A stretch of 64,000 nt of DNA from Candidatus Hadarchaeota archaeon (GCA_964384105.1 CAYLJV010000001.1:64001-128000); one strand, 5' to 3'. Numbered from the stretch's first letter, positions 39,070-48,847 are shown. Numbers and translations: made by a program. The notes: generated by a model from the sequence alone, not told the origin.

Positions 39070-40302
39070 TTATGCACCAAATTTCTCAAGCCAGTTGCTA
39101 TAACCAAAAAGAATTGGGGCCACATTTCCGCTTATTCTTCCCAATCCCCCATTTGGAGCGTTTTTCTCGTCGAATTTCTCGACTCGGTCTTGAGATACAT
39201 TCGGTCCCGCAAATAACATTGGTACCGGATCGGATACATGGTCACCATATACTATGGGCGTAGTATGGTCTCCTGTGAAAGCTATGTGTGTCTCGTTCCA
39301 GTCTAGGTTGTCTAAGAGATATTTTGCTACTCGATCCACTTTTTCTATATATTGGATTTTCTTTTCGGCGTCGTGGTCGTGTGCGCAGGAGTCGGCACCT
39401 TTCATATGGATAAAGACAAAATCTGTTCCTTTATTTATCTCTTTAACTGCCAACTTCGCTTTGTTTATAATAGGGGAGTCAGCTCCTCCGGTGACTCCTT
39501 CAGCTTTTTTGAATTTAAGTCCTATCGATTTTCCTACACCTGTGTAAAGAGAGCCACCTGATATTACGACTCCATTGATCCCGTAAAGATCTTTAAGAGT
39601 GGGAAGGTCTGGATTTATCGCTGCTCCTCTTATCAAGAGAACGTTTGCAGGTAATTTACCCTCTTCTTTTCTTTTTTTGTTAATTGGTAGGTCCTTCAGA
39701 ATTTCGTAAGATTGTTTTACTAGGTCATTAACTATATCGGCTGTTTTTTTGGATGATTTTCGGTCGTCTGTAGGTTGAGATTTGTTGATTTTCTTTCCCG
39801 TTTCATGGGGGTCAACATCTGTTATGGAGCCAGAGAGTTCGGACCCTCTGAGAACCAGTGCTCCTCTGTGCTCTACGCTGGTTTTGAACTCGATTTCAAC
39901 GTTTGAATCTTTAGGTTTCAGGTTCTGCAAAGCTTCTTCGAGTTTTTTCTGTCCTTTTTCGATTCTTCCTGCTCTTCGATCTTTAACTACAAAGTTTTCG
40001 TCCACGGTCCCAAAATTTGTCCTGAAGCTTACATCCCCCTTGTTCGGCTTTAGCCCGGTTCCTAATGCTTCAAAGACTCCTCTTCCTGTATAGTACTTGT
40101 ATGGATCGTATCCAAATATAGAAAGATGAGCTGTGTCGCTTCCAGGTCTGACACCGGGTTTTATTGGGTCCAATAGGCCGACAGCTCCTATTTCCGCTAA
40201 TCTATCAAGATTTGGGGTTTCAGCGGCTTCTAAGCACGTCTGGCCGTTATAGTCTGTTGGTCTTCCCCCAAGGCCGTCTGTTATTAATAATAGTGCCTTC
40301 AA
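39070..40302 (-). CDS. apgM: 2,3-bisphosphoglycerate-independent phosphoglycerate mutase (archaeal type)
   Basis: DGLG, PGSDTAHLSIFGYDP, YTGRG, DRRAGRI, TGDHTTP. Confidence 0.93.
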   Translation of the reverse strand: MKALLLITDGLGGRPTDYNGQTCLEAAETPNLDRLAEIGAVGLLDPIKPGVRPGSDTAHLSIFGYDPYKYYTGRGVFEALGTGLKPNKGDVSFRTNFGTVDENFVVKDRRAGRIEKGQKKLEEALQNLKPKDSNVEIEFKTSVEHRGALVLRGSELSGSITDVDPHETGKKINKSQPTDDRKSSKKTADIVNDLVKQSYEILKDLPINKKRKEEGKLPANVLLIRGAAINPDLPTLKDLYGINGVVISGGSLYTGVGKSIGLKFKKAEGVTGGADSPIINKAKLAVKEINKGTDFVFIHMKGADSCAHDHDAEKKIQYIEKVDRVAKYLLDNLDWNETHIAFTGDHTTPIVYGDHVSDPVPMLFAGPNVSQDRVEKFDEKNAPNGGLGRISGNVAPILFGYSNWLEKFGA

Positions 40303-40434
40303 GTTTTCTCCCCCTCAAAAGGAGTGCTTTGGGTTTAGAAAAAACTTTCGCTGTTTACTTTTAATTAAGAAAATATTTTAGCTTGATAACTACCTTAAAA
40401 GAGAGAATAAAAGGATGGAACTAAATAGATATTT

Positions 40435-40529
40435 GGGCCCGTAGCTCAGTCCGGATGGAGCGCCTGGCTTCGGTTCCTGATATTGGAGGAGAAACCAGGA
40501 AGTCGGGGGTTCAAATCCCTCCGGGCCCG
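40435..40529 (+). tRNA. tRNA-Arg(TCG) with a 20-nt intron (40474-40493) at position 37/38
   Basis: GGGCCCG/CGGGCCC acceptor stem, CCTGG/CCAGG anticodon stem, TTCAAAT T-loop; BHB helix CTTC/GGAG. Confidence 0.92.
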
Positions 40530-40624
40530 CTTTTATTAAGATTTCTTACCTTCACCCTTTAGGTAGTTCCTTGGTATACTTTGCCGATCACTATTTACCT
40601 ATTTAAATACTCAATAACCTGTTT

Positions 40625-40698
40625 GGGCCGGTAGTCTAGCTTGGATAAGACATGGGCCTCCGGAGCCCACGACCCGGGTTCAAATCCCGGCCGGTCCG
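40625..40698 (+). tRNA. tRNA-Arg(CCG)
   Basis: GGGCCGG/CCGGTCC acceptor stem, TGGGC-CT-CCG-GA-GCCCA, CCGGG-TTCAAAT-CCCGG. Confidence 0.95.
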
Positions 40699-40763
40699 TT
40701 TCTTTTTGTTATGGGTGTAACAAAAAGTTCTGTTTATAAAGGCTCTTTTAGTGAAAAAGGGAA

Positions 40764-41186
40764 TTATCCCACATAGTTTAGTTTATTTGAGGCTTCAGAG
40801 TTTCCTTGAGATTTTGAACTTGGAAGGGGCACAGGTGGGGGAATATTTAGGGTTCTAGAAAGTATTGTTGCTTCAACTATAGATTTGTTAATCACATTTT
40901 GGATGACATAGTTTGGTGGCTTTTCTTTTTCTTCGTATTTCTCCCGAATTTTATCAAGTTCTGATTTTTCTCCTTTAACTTGTACATCTCCTCTAAATGT
41001 TATCTGAGCAACAGATGGATTATAACCTATATTTACTACAAAAGGCATCGAGAGAGATCCTTCTTTTGATTCTAGGCCTACAATGTTTAAACTGGTCGAG
41101 ATCTGAACTTTTTGGGGGGGAGACTTATTTTCGTCCCAAAATCTCTCGGCTGAAATATTCTTTATATTGACTCTAACTTGACTCAT
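40764..41186 (-). CDS. Conserved archaeal hypothetical protein (possibly SecB-like fold)
   Basis: Clean 140-aa ORF with Y.PSVAQI..RG and LNIPPPVPLP pattern; the fold is a guess. Confidence 0.6.
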   Translation of the reverse strand: MSQVRVNIKNISAERFWDENKSPPQKVQISTSLNIVGLESKEGSLSMPFVVNIGYNPSVAQITFRGDVQVKGEKSELDKIREKYEEKEKPPNYVIQNVINKSIVEATILSRTLNIPPPVPLPSSKSQGNSEASNKLNYVG

Positions 41187-41315
41187 GTATCTCGCTTATT
41201 TCTAACAATGCTGATGGTTAAAGTTCTTATCCTCCTATGTTTATTCTACTTTTTTCAAGGAAGTAATTCTTTAGACAAATTTTTTATGAGTTATTTTCTG
41301 AGAATGTAAGTAAAA

Positions 41316-41457
41316 GGGGCCATAGTGTAGCCAGGCTAACACAGCAGGCTCCAGCGGAATTAGAATTAAACTTGCTGATGGTCAAGATGATGACCTGCTG
41401 GAGCGAGGATTCTGAAGAAACCTGCGACCCCCGGTTCAAATCCGGGTGGCCCCACCA
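41316..41457 (+). tRNA. tRNA-Trp(CCA) with a 65-nt intron (41355-41419) carrying C/D-box remnants
   Basis: GGGGCCA/TGGCCCC-ACCA acceptor end; GCAGG-CT-CCA-G[intron]A-CCTGC; TTCAAAT T-loop. Confidence 0.93.
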
Positions 41458-41622
41458 TTTTATCTTTAATGATAGAAGAATAATTCGTTTCAGTATCCAG
41501 TGATTTTGCCTGACTTAAGCGGGTGATAAACTATTTTTATTCTTTAGGTAACAAAAGATTATTCAATTTCTAAATAACAAGTTTTTAATGTTTGAATACA
41601 AGCTAATCGGTGAGTTGTCAGT

Positions 41623-42159
41623 ATGGTTGAAGATATTCCTAAAGCCCATTTTTATGGGAAGAGAATAATAATAGATGATGAATCTCAAGCTAGTAGGGTC
41701 CACCAATATGGCTCTACAGGTAAACCTCTATCTGGTGGCCGCCTTCAGCTTTCTCCTATTGAGGCCCTTTATCTTTTGGAAAAGGATAAAATACAGGTTT
41801 TTAGCGAAAAAGAGAAGAGAGAACTCGGTTTTAATGATCTTTCTTCTATGCTTGTGGAGGATAATCCTGACTTGCTTCTCAAATATAGGGTGTATAGAGA
41901 TCTTAGATCGAGAGGTTTAGTAGTTAAAACCGGACTGAAATACGGGGCCCATTTTAGAGTTTATGCTAGAGGTGAAAGCCCTGGTTCTTCTCACTCGCCT
42001 TATTTAGTCCATGCGATTTCGGAGGATTCAAAACTTACACCACAGGACCTGGCAGGTTCTGTTAGGTTGGCCCACAGTGTTAGAAAAAGAATGATATACG
42101 GTATCGTAGACGATGAAGGGGACATAACTTATTATTCGATAAAAAGGGAGAGTCTGTAA
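41623..42159 (+). CDS. endA: tRNA-splicing endonuclease (single-unit, alpha4-type size)
   Basis: LSPIEALYL, VYRDLRSRG..KTGLKYGAHFRVY, HSPYLV, RLAHSVRK, DDEGDITY. Confidence 0.93.
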   Translation: MVEDIPKAHFYGKRIIIDDESQASRVHQYGSTGKPLSGGRLQLSPIEALYLLEKDKIQVFSEKEKRELGFNDLSSMLVEDNPDLLLKYRVYRDLRSRGLVVKTGLKYGAHFRVYARGESPGSSHSPYLVHAISEDSKLTPQDLAGSVRLAHSVRKRMIYGIVDDEGDITYYSIKRESL

Positions 42160-43260
42160 ATGACTGAGCAAATAGACCCGTGGAGTGAAGTGGTTCCAAG
42201 CGACTATGTTGAGCTGATGGAACAATTTGGGATAGGGTCTTTTGATGATCTCATTGATGATGTTCCCGATCCGAATCATCTGATGCGCAGGAAGATAATT
42301 TTCGGACACAGGGATTTTGATAGAGTTTTGAAGGCTATCAATAAAGGAGAGGACTATGTGGTGATGACTGGATTGATGCCTAGTGGGAAAATGCACCTTG
42401 GTCATAAATTAGTGGTGGATCAGTTAATTTGGTATCTTGAACATGGAGCTACTATATACCTCTGTGTAGCGGATTTGGAATCTCATATAGCTAGGGGTTT
42501 AAGCCTTGAAGAAGCTAGAAATTTTGCAATTGAAGAATATTTGACCAATTATATGGCCCTTGGTCTAGATATTGATAGATGCAAAGTTTACTTTCAGTCT
42601 AAGAGCGACGCAGTTCAAAAACTTGCCTATACTCTGGGTAGGAAAGTTAATTTCAGTGAGCTAAGGGCTATATACGGTTTCGAGAATGATACTGATGCTT
42701 CTCATATTTTTTATCCTATGATAGATGTTGCAGATATTCTTCGTCCTCAGCTGAGGGAGTTTGAAGGACCCAAACCTTCTGTTATTCCTGTTGGGATAGA
42801 CCAGGACCCACACCTTAGGTTGGCTAGGGATGTTGCAGCTAGATTTAAGAGTGATTTTGATTTTGCTCCACCTTCTTCTACCTATCATCGGTTGATGCCG
42901 GGTTTGACCGGAACGAAAATGTCCAGTAGTAATCCCAAGAGCGCCATCTTTCTTACGGATTCTATAGAAGATGTTGAAAAGAAGGTTAAGAGTTCTGTTA
43001 CGGGGGGTCGACATACAGTGGAGGAGCAGAGAGAGAAAGGTGGAAAGCCTGACGAATGTATGATATACGATTTGTATGTTTACCACCTCGTCCCAGATGA
43101 CGAAGAGTTATTGGAGTTGAGAGAAGCCTGTGAATCGGGGGAGGTTATCTGTGGGGAGTGTAAGGAGAAAGCTTTCAAATTTTTGAAAAAATTCCTAAAA
43201 AGTCACCAGGAAAAAAGGAAGAAAGCTCGAGAGAAGGTTAAAGAGTTTATTGAAGAGTAA
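42160..43260 (+). CDS. trpS: Tryptophanyl-tRNA synthetase
   Basis: TGLMPSGKMHLGH, PVGIDQDPH, KMSSS, TGGR, CGECK. Confidence 0.95.
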   Translation: MTEQIDPWSEVVPSDYVELMEQFGIGSFDDLIDDVPDPNHLMRRKIIFGHRDFDRVLKAINKGEDYVVMTGLMPSGKMHLGHKLVVDQLIWYLEHGATIYLCVADLESHIARGLSLEEARNFAIEEYLTNYMALGLDIDRCKVYFQSKSDAVQKLAYTLGRKVNFSELRAIYGFENDTDASHIFYPMIDVADILRPQLREFEGPKPSVIPVGIDQDPHLRLARDVAARFKSDFDFAPPSSTYHRLMPGLTGTKMSSSNPKSAIFLTDSIEDVEKKVKSSVTGGRHTVEEQREKGGKPDECMIYDLYVYHLVPDDEELLELREACESGEVICGECKEKAFKFLKKFLKSHQEKRKKAREKVKEFIEE

Positions 43261-43310
43261 TTTTGAAGTAAATTCCTTAGTTATTTATATTCTCTTCAAA
43301 ACTTTCTATT

Positions 43311-43373
43311 TGTGCGATGACGAACTTGGCTTTACTGAATTTTTGATGATGTCGATCTTGAGTTCCGAGCACA
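43311..43373 (+). ncRNA. C/D box guide sRNA (predicted target tRNA-Leu(CAA) C34, possibly also G10)
   Basis: Terminal stem TGTGC/GCACA; C box ATGACGA (43317), D' CTGA (43335), C' TTGATGA (43343), D CCGA (43365); TTTATA box about 25 nt upstream. Confidence 0.8.
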
Positions 43374-43404
43374 TCTAGTTAGAAGATATTAGAGTCTATT
43401 GAAA

Positions 43405-44151
43405 TCAGTAAATAATCGTTTCTATTCCCTTTTTCTCTAGGACTTCTTTTATCTCTGTAAGTTTTTTGTCACTAACTTTCTCTAGCTTTCGATGAGTGGG
43501 TCGATCTAGAGTATATAGTTGGACTTCTCTCGGATTTATTTTACTAACTACTTCGATCCAGTTCTCCAAGTCCTCATCGACATTACTAAACTCGCCCTTG
43601 AATTTAATTGATTGTATACAAAGTCTATCCACTTTTTTTAAGGCTTCTACTATTTCTCCATATTTGATTTTGAAAGGCCTGTTTATTTCTATGAATTTAT
43701 CTTCCGATCCTACGTCAAGTTTCATTATTGGAAAATCGATTTTATTGATAGTCTTGAGGATTTCTCTTTCCCCAATTCTACTAGAATTTGAGAGAAGGGC
43801 TATTTTTACATTCGAGTACTTATCTCTAACTTTTTTGGTCCTTTCTACTATCTCTGGGAAGTCTGGATGTAATGTTGGTTCACCGTTTCCAGAAAAGGTA
43901 ATGTAAGAGAGTTCATTGTTTATTTTTCTCAGAGCTTTTTCGAGTTTTTCTTCAACTTCGACTGGTCTTGGAACGTTTTCATGATTATATTCTACTAGTT
44001 TTGTTTCAGTTGGCCCATATTGACAGTAAACACAGTCAAAAGAGCAAATTTTTTTTGATTTAGGGGACAGATTCACCCCTAAAGAAGTGCCAAGTCTTCT
44101 AGATCTAACTGGGCCATACAGTATATCCTTTTGTAGTGGTATTCTATCCAT
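43405..44151 (-). CDS. Radical SAM protein (YGPVxSRRLG family)
   Basis: YGPVRSRRLGTSLGVN, CSFDCVYCQ, FSGNGEPTLHP. ATG at 44151. Confidence 0.88.
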   Translation of the reverse strand: MDRIPLQKDILYGPVRSRRLGTSLGVNLSPKSKKICSFDCVYCQYGPTETKLVEYNHENVPRPVEVEEKLEKALRKINNELSYITFSGNGEPTLHPDFPEIVERTKKVRDKYSNVKIALLSNSSRIGEREILKTINKIDFPIMKLDVGSEDKFIEINRPFKIKYGEIVEALKKVDRLCIQSIKFKGEFSNVDEDLENWIEVVSKINPREVQLYTLDRPTHRKLEKVSDKKLTEIKEVLEKKGIETIIY

Positions 44152-44335
44152 TTTTCCCCTAATATTATTCCGAAATACTTGCGATTGATTGTTAAGTGTG
44201 TTCAAATAATATACATGACTTTTGATATTTTGAATCTGTTTTGTATTTCTTTCAAAAGAATAAGAAATCTTGTGAAGGAAACCTTGAAATATTTCAATCA
44301 CCTGTTGCTTGTTAAATAATTAAGAGTAGTCAACT

Positions 44336-45190
44336 ATGCATGTTGTTAGAAAATTTGATCCATGGAAAAACAATCTTTGTACGTGTCCTGAAAAATATTC
44401 TCTTAATCCATACACCGGCTGTGGACATGGTTGCATTTACTGCTATGCTACGTATATACCAAACTTCTACGATCCTAGGAGAAAGAAGAATTTGGTGAAA
44501 AGGTTAGAAAAAGATTTGACTAACATTCCTTCAAATTCAATCATATCAATTTCTAATTCTTCTGATCCGTATACGCCCATAGATAAGAAATATCGGGATA
44601 TGAGAAGATGTCTCGAAACTTTGGTGGACAATAATCTTAGGATATTGATAGTTACGAAGGGAGATTTGATTCTGAGGGATATAGATTTACTTTTAGAAAC
44701 CAGTTCTGCTGTTACTATTACCATTACCACTTTGAAGAAAAATTTAAGTAAAAAACTTGAACCAAATGCTCCAACTCCTCAAAGAAGACTTGAAGTTTTG
44801 GAAAAATTAAACGAAGAAGGTATTTCTACGGGCCTTCGGTTTGATCCGATATTTCCTATGTTGACCGAAGGAGAGATTGGGGATATTATTAAGAAGGGAA
44901 GTGATGTTGGAGTTAATCTCGTAGTCTCATCCACTTTTAAACCCCGTTTTGATTCTTGGAGGAAATATCACGCGACTTTTCCTGAAGTGGCTGAAGATAC
45001 AAAGCCAATGTATTTTGAGGAAGGAGAAAGATTTGGTAATTCCTGGTATTTATCCAAGATTATTAGGGAGAAGATACTCCTCCAGGTTAAAAAGGAGTGT
45101 TTAAAGCGTAATTTACCCTTTGCTACCTGTAGGGAGGGTTTTAATATGAATAGCTCTCCCAGTTGTGACGGTAGTCATCTTTGTTCGTAA
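44336..45190 (+). CDS. Radical SAM protein, spore photoproduct lyase-like family
   Basis: FDPW..CTCP, NPYTGCGHGCIYCY, SNSSDPY, LEPNAP, CREG. Confidence 0.85.
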   Translation: MHVVRKFDPWKNNLCTCPEKYSLNPYTGCGHGCIYCYATYIPNFYDPRRKKNLVKRLEKDLTNIPSNSIISISNSSDPYTPIDKKYRDMRRCLETLVDNNLRILIVTKGDLILRDIDLLLETSSAVTITITTLKKNLSKKLEPNAPTPQRRLEVLEKLNEEGISTGLRFDPIFPMLTEGEIGDIIKKGSDVGVNLVVSSTFKPRFDSWRKYHATFPEVAEDTKPMYFEEGERFGNSWYLSKIIREKILLQVKKECLKRNLPFATCREGFNMNSSPSCDGSHLCS

Positions 45191-45240
45191 ACGATTTTTT
45201 TGATAAATATTTTCATTGCTAACAAGAAATTACCTATTTG

Positions 45241-45768
45241 ATGAAGAAAGTTTTGATTTTAGTATTTGGTTCTATTGAAGAGGAAAAATCCGTTTTTGAG
45301 AGAATTAGAGATGCTATTACTATGGTTTTCTCTATTTCGGTAGAGTATCATTCGAAGGTTGAGGTTCCTGTGAGTGATTTTAATCAGAAAAGAAATCAAT
45401 ATCATTCCTCTAGTTTCTTGAAAGTAGTTGCGGAAGAAACAAGGGAGGGTCTGGGATTGGGAGTTACTGACTTAGATTTGTATTCTGATAATTTGAATTT
45501 CGTTTTTGGTCAAGCTTCTCCGATGATTCACTCTGCTGTGATCTCTCTTTATCGGTTACGTCCATCTTTTTACGGAGAGGAGGACAAGACCCTTTTCTTA
45601 GAACGTCTGAGAAAAGAAGCAGTACATGAAATCGGTCATGTTTTGGGCCTTTCCCACTGTGATAGTCCGAGCTGTGTCATGTACTTTTCGAATAGTATAT
45701 TGGAGGTAGATAGAAAAGGGATCGAACTATGTGAACATTGTCGTGAAAGACTGAAGAGTATTTATTGA
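45241..45768 (+). CDS. amzA: Archaemetzincin zinc metalloprotease
   Basis: RNQY, NFVFGQA, HEIGHVLGLSHC..CVMYFS..D.K...CEHC. Confidence 0.9.
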   Translation: MKKVLILVFGSIEEEKSVFERIRDAITMVFSISVEYHSKVEVPVSDFNQKRNQYHSSSFLKVVAEETREGLGLGVTDLDLYSDNLNFVFGQASPMIHSAVISLYRLRPSFYGEEDKTLFLERLRKEAVHEIGHVLGLSHCDSPSCVMYFSNSILEVDRKGIELCEHCRERLKSIY

Positions 45769-45846
45769 ATAACCCTTTCAATATTTTTTAAGAAGTCGTA
45801 CTCTAATTGTAGCGAAAAGTTTTTTAGTACACAATATGGAAACTGA

Positions 45847-46086
<240 letters not shown>

Positions 46087-46132
46087 GTAACAAGATTAAT
46101 AAGCAAATTGGGAAAATTCTAGGTGAGAGAAA

Positions 46133-46378
46133 ATGGTTGATGTGGGATTGGAAATTGGACTGGGTATAGCTGCGATAGCTTCAGGTCTTGCCATAGGAGC
46201 GTCAGGCCTTGGTTCGGGTGTTGGTCAAGGGATAGTAACTCGAGCCGCTGCTCAGGAAGCTGAAGAGGATCCTGGTTTCTTTGGTAAAGGGTTATTATTG
46301 TCAGTATTACCTCAGACTCCCGTAATATTTGGATTAGTGGTAGCTATCTTGATCTTAATAAATTCACAGTTATTTTAA
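46133..46378 (+). CDS. atpK: A-type ATP synthase c (K) subunit paralog 2, lacking the ion-binding Glu
   Basis: GLGSGVGQG, EEDPGFFG; PQTPVIFG in place of PETQVIYG. Confidence 0.85.
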   Translation: MVDVGLEIGLGIAAIASGLAIGASGLGSGVGQGIVTRAAAQEAEEDPGFFGKGLLLSVLPQTPVIFGLVVAILILINSQLF

Positions 46379-46409
46379 AAATTAAAAATATAATCGGAGG
46401 TAGAAAAAT

Positions 46410-46643
46410 ATGGTTACGTTAGAAGCAGCCGTTGCAACTATCGGTGCAGGTCTTGCTATAGGCGGTGCCGGTCTAGGTTCTGGAATAGGTCAGGGTATTG
46501 CCGCAGCCGCGGCAGCCGGAGCTACAGCTGAGGACCCAGGTTTCTTTGGTAGAGGTTTGGTATTTACAGTGCTTCCAGAAACTCAGGTTATCTACGGCTT
46601 GGTTGTTGCCATACTTATCCTAGCTGGTGTAGGAGTGCTCTAA
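46410..46643 (+). CDS. atpK: A-type ATP synthase c (K) subunit paralog 3 with an intact Na+-type motif
   Basis: GIGQG plus PETQVIYG; strong GGAGGT ribosome-binding site. Confidence 0.93.
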   Translation: MVTLEAAVATIGAGLAIGGAGLGSGIGQGIAAAAAAGATAEDPGFFGRGLVFTVLPETQVIYGLVVAILILAGVGVL

Positions 46644-46650
46644 CGAGTAG

Positions 46651-46696
46651 TAGGTCTCTGATTCTAGCGATAACGCTAGATTTTAGGGGCGGCCTA
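46651..46696 (+). promoter_or_regulatory. Intra-operon stem-loop after the atpK triplet
   Basis: TCTAGCG-ATAA-CGCTAGA core, extended by TAGGTC/GGCCTA. Confidence 0.55.
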
Positions 46697-46718
46697 TATT
46701 TTGGGAAGGTAATGAGTT

Positions 46719-47342
46719 ATGAACGGCTTGCAAAAGATAATTCAACAGATTGAAGAAAAATCTGAGAATAGAAAAGAGGCTATTCTTCAAGAAGCTAGAG
46801 AGAAGGCGGAGGAGAAGAAAGAGTCAGCAAAGAAGGAAGCAGAGAGAGAAAAAGAAAAAATAATCGAAAAGGGTAAGAGAGAAGCAGAAATAAGGGGGAG
46901 AAGGATTCTAGCTGGAGTTAGACAGGAGAATAGGCAGAAAAAACTGTCCATTAAGGAAGATATCATACAAGAGGTTTGGGAAAAGTCTGAAGATGAACTT
47001 TTTAGTCTAAAAGATAATGAAGGGAAATATAGAAATGTTTTGAAGCACTTGATCGAAGAAGGGGGAAAAGCTCTGGACGGGGGAGAACTTATTGTTCGCA
47101 TTTCCGAAGATGACGATGGAATATTTTCTAAGAAGATTTTAAAAGATATTTCGAAAGAGATTTCAGAAGAAATAGGAGAAAAGACCTCTATTGAGGTTTC
47201 CTCCGATCTATCTGGTTCTAAAGGAGGCGTAGTAATAGAAAAGAAACAGGGTAATGTCTCTATAGATAATACTTTCGAAGCTAGGATTAAAAGAATGAAG
47301 CAATCTCTCAGACCAAAATTAGCAGAGATATTGTTCGAATAG
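46719..47342 (+). CDS. atpE: A-type ATP synthase subunit E
   Basis: Charged coiled-coil N-terminus; GGVVI..DNTFEAR..AEILF. Confidence 0.9.
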   Translation: MNGLQKIIQQIEEKSENRKEAILQEAREKAEEKKESAKKEAEREKEKIIEKGKREAEIRGRRILAGVRQENRQKKLSIKEDIIQEVWEKSEDELFSLKDNEGKYRNVLKHLIEEGGKALDGGELIVRISEDDDGIFSKKILKDISKEISEEIGEKTSIEVSSDLSGSKGGVVIEKKQGNVSIDNTFEARIKRMKQSLRPKLAEILFE

Positions 47343-47355
47343 CAGGTGTCTAAAA

Positions 47356-48519
47356 ATGGCATTCATTATACCGGGAGTTTCCAGAATTGTGGAGTTCCTG
47401 ATAATATTTTCGATATCTTCAACCGTGATAGCACTTATTCTTGTCGTCCTTTTTCGGATTATCAAAAGGCATGGGGCTTATGCTTATACAAATGCTCGGG
47501 TAAGTGCGATGAAGAAATCGCTTTTTAGAAAAGAAAGGATTAACCCACTTTTGAAAAGCAAGGATCTGCAGAACATGTTAAATCTCCTGAAAGATTCTCC
47601 TTATTCTGAGTATGTTAGGAAGATAAAGGATCCTACTCCTGAGAAAATTGATGAGGCACTAGACAGACATCTTTACGATTCTTATAGGAAGATTTCTTCT
47701 CTGGCTCCTGGAGAACTTAGTGGTATCTACAAAGAAATGAGGAGGATAATGGAAGTTAGGGATATAAAAACTTTGATAGGAGCCAAAATAGCGGGGGTCC
47801 CACCAGAGGAAATTGAGGGTAAGTTGATAGGAACTTTACTCTCTGAGGACGCTTATGAACAAGCTCTTGAGGCCGAGAGTTTAGAGGAAGCCGTCTCTGT
47901 TTTTAAAGACACTGATTACTGGGATTCTATAAACGAGGGTCTGTCCGAAGTTAGAGAAACTGGGAAGATTCTCTCGCTTTGGAATAAAGTAGAAATAAAA
48001 TATTGGAAAAATGTTTGGAGAACTATTAGAACTTCCTCCGACAAGTACGCGAGTGTTATAGAGAAATCTGTTGGGATGGAGGTAGACATTCGAAATATCA
48101 TTACGATTCTTAGATGTAAAGCTGACCGGGTTAATGATGAAGAGATTGGAGAATATATTATACCGATCTACTATAAGCTCAGTCGACAGGATATAGACAA
48201 GGCGATAAAATCAGAGGATACAGAAAAGGCCGCAGCTGTGTTTGAAAGTTCTCCTTATGGTAAGGATATTTCAGAGGCTCTTATAGGATACAGGGAGGCC
48301 GGCTCAATTTTCGTTTTAGAGAATTCTTTGAAGAAATTATTACTCAAGAAGATAAGGAGTTTGGCTATAAAATACTACAGTGGAGCTGGTCCTTTAACTG
48401 GCCTCTTCCATGAGAAGTCTGTTGAGGTTAGCAATCTTAAGACTATAGCTAATGGAATATACGAAGGTTTGGGATCAGAGGAAATAAAGAACAGATTAGT
48501 GGCTCCAGAGGTGGGATAA
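47356..48519 (+). CDS. atpC: A-type ATP synthase subunit C
   Basis: YAYTNARV, DIRNIITILR, EVSNLKTI; operon position. Confidence 0.9.
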   Translation: MAFIIPGVSRIVEFLIIFSISSTVIALILVVLFRIIKRHGAYAYTNARVSAMKKSLFRKERINPLLKSKDLQNMLNLLKDSPYSEYVRKIKDPTPEKIDEALDRHLYDSYRKISSLAPGELSGIYKEMRRIMEVRDIKTLIGAKIAGVPPEEIEGKLIGTLLSEDAYEQALEAESLEEAVSVFKDTDYWDSINEGLSEVRETGKILSLWNKVEIKYWKNVWRTIRTSSDKYASVIEKSVGMEVDIRNIITILRCKADRVNDEEIGEYIIPIYYKLSRQDIDKAIKSEDTEKAAAVFESSPYGKDISEALIGYREAGSIFVLENSLKKLLLKKIRSLAIKYYSGAGPLTGLFHEKSVEVSNLKTIANGIYEGLGSEEIKNRLVAPEVG

Positions 48520-48843
48520 GTGGAAATAGTAAGCATTACTGATTCTCTTACCGCTAGGGGCCTGAAGTTGGCTGGGGTAAATGAAACATTTGTAGCGGAT
48601 AGCAGAGAAGGGGCCAAGAGGGCGTTCGAGAAAATTTTGGAAATGGATAGTGTTGGCGTAGTTATTATCACTGAACAATTAGCCCAAAAGATAAATAATG
48701 AGTTAACTAATTTTAGAGAAAGCAAGGAGAGAGTGACTCCAATAGTAATTGAGATAAGCGGTCGAGAAGGGCCCGTTGAAGAAAGAAGGAAGGTTATAGA
48801 AAAACTTGTTAAGCGTGCAGTTGGAGTGAAAGTAGAAAGTTAG
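48520..48843 (+). CDS. atpF: A-type ATP synthase subunit F
   Basis: [20 protein letters not shown]. Confidence 0.9.
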   Translation: MEIVSITDSLTARGLKLAGVNETFVADSREGAKRAFEKILEMDSVGVVIITEQLAQKINNELTNFRESKERVTPIVIEISGREGPVEERRKVIEKLVKRAVGVKVES

Positions 48844-48847
48844 GTGT

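Noticed and set aside
47356-47470. N-terminal transmembrane extension on ATP synthase subunit C as a novelty
   Set aside because: Similar hydrophobic N-termini are known in methanogen and Thermococcales subunit C.
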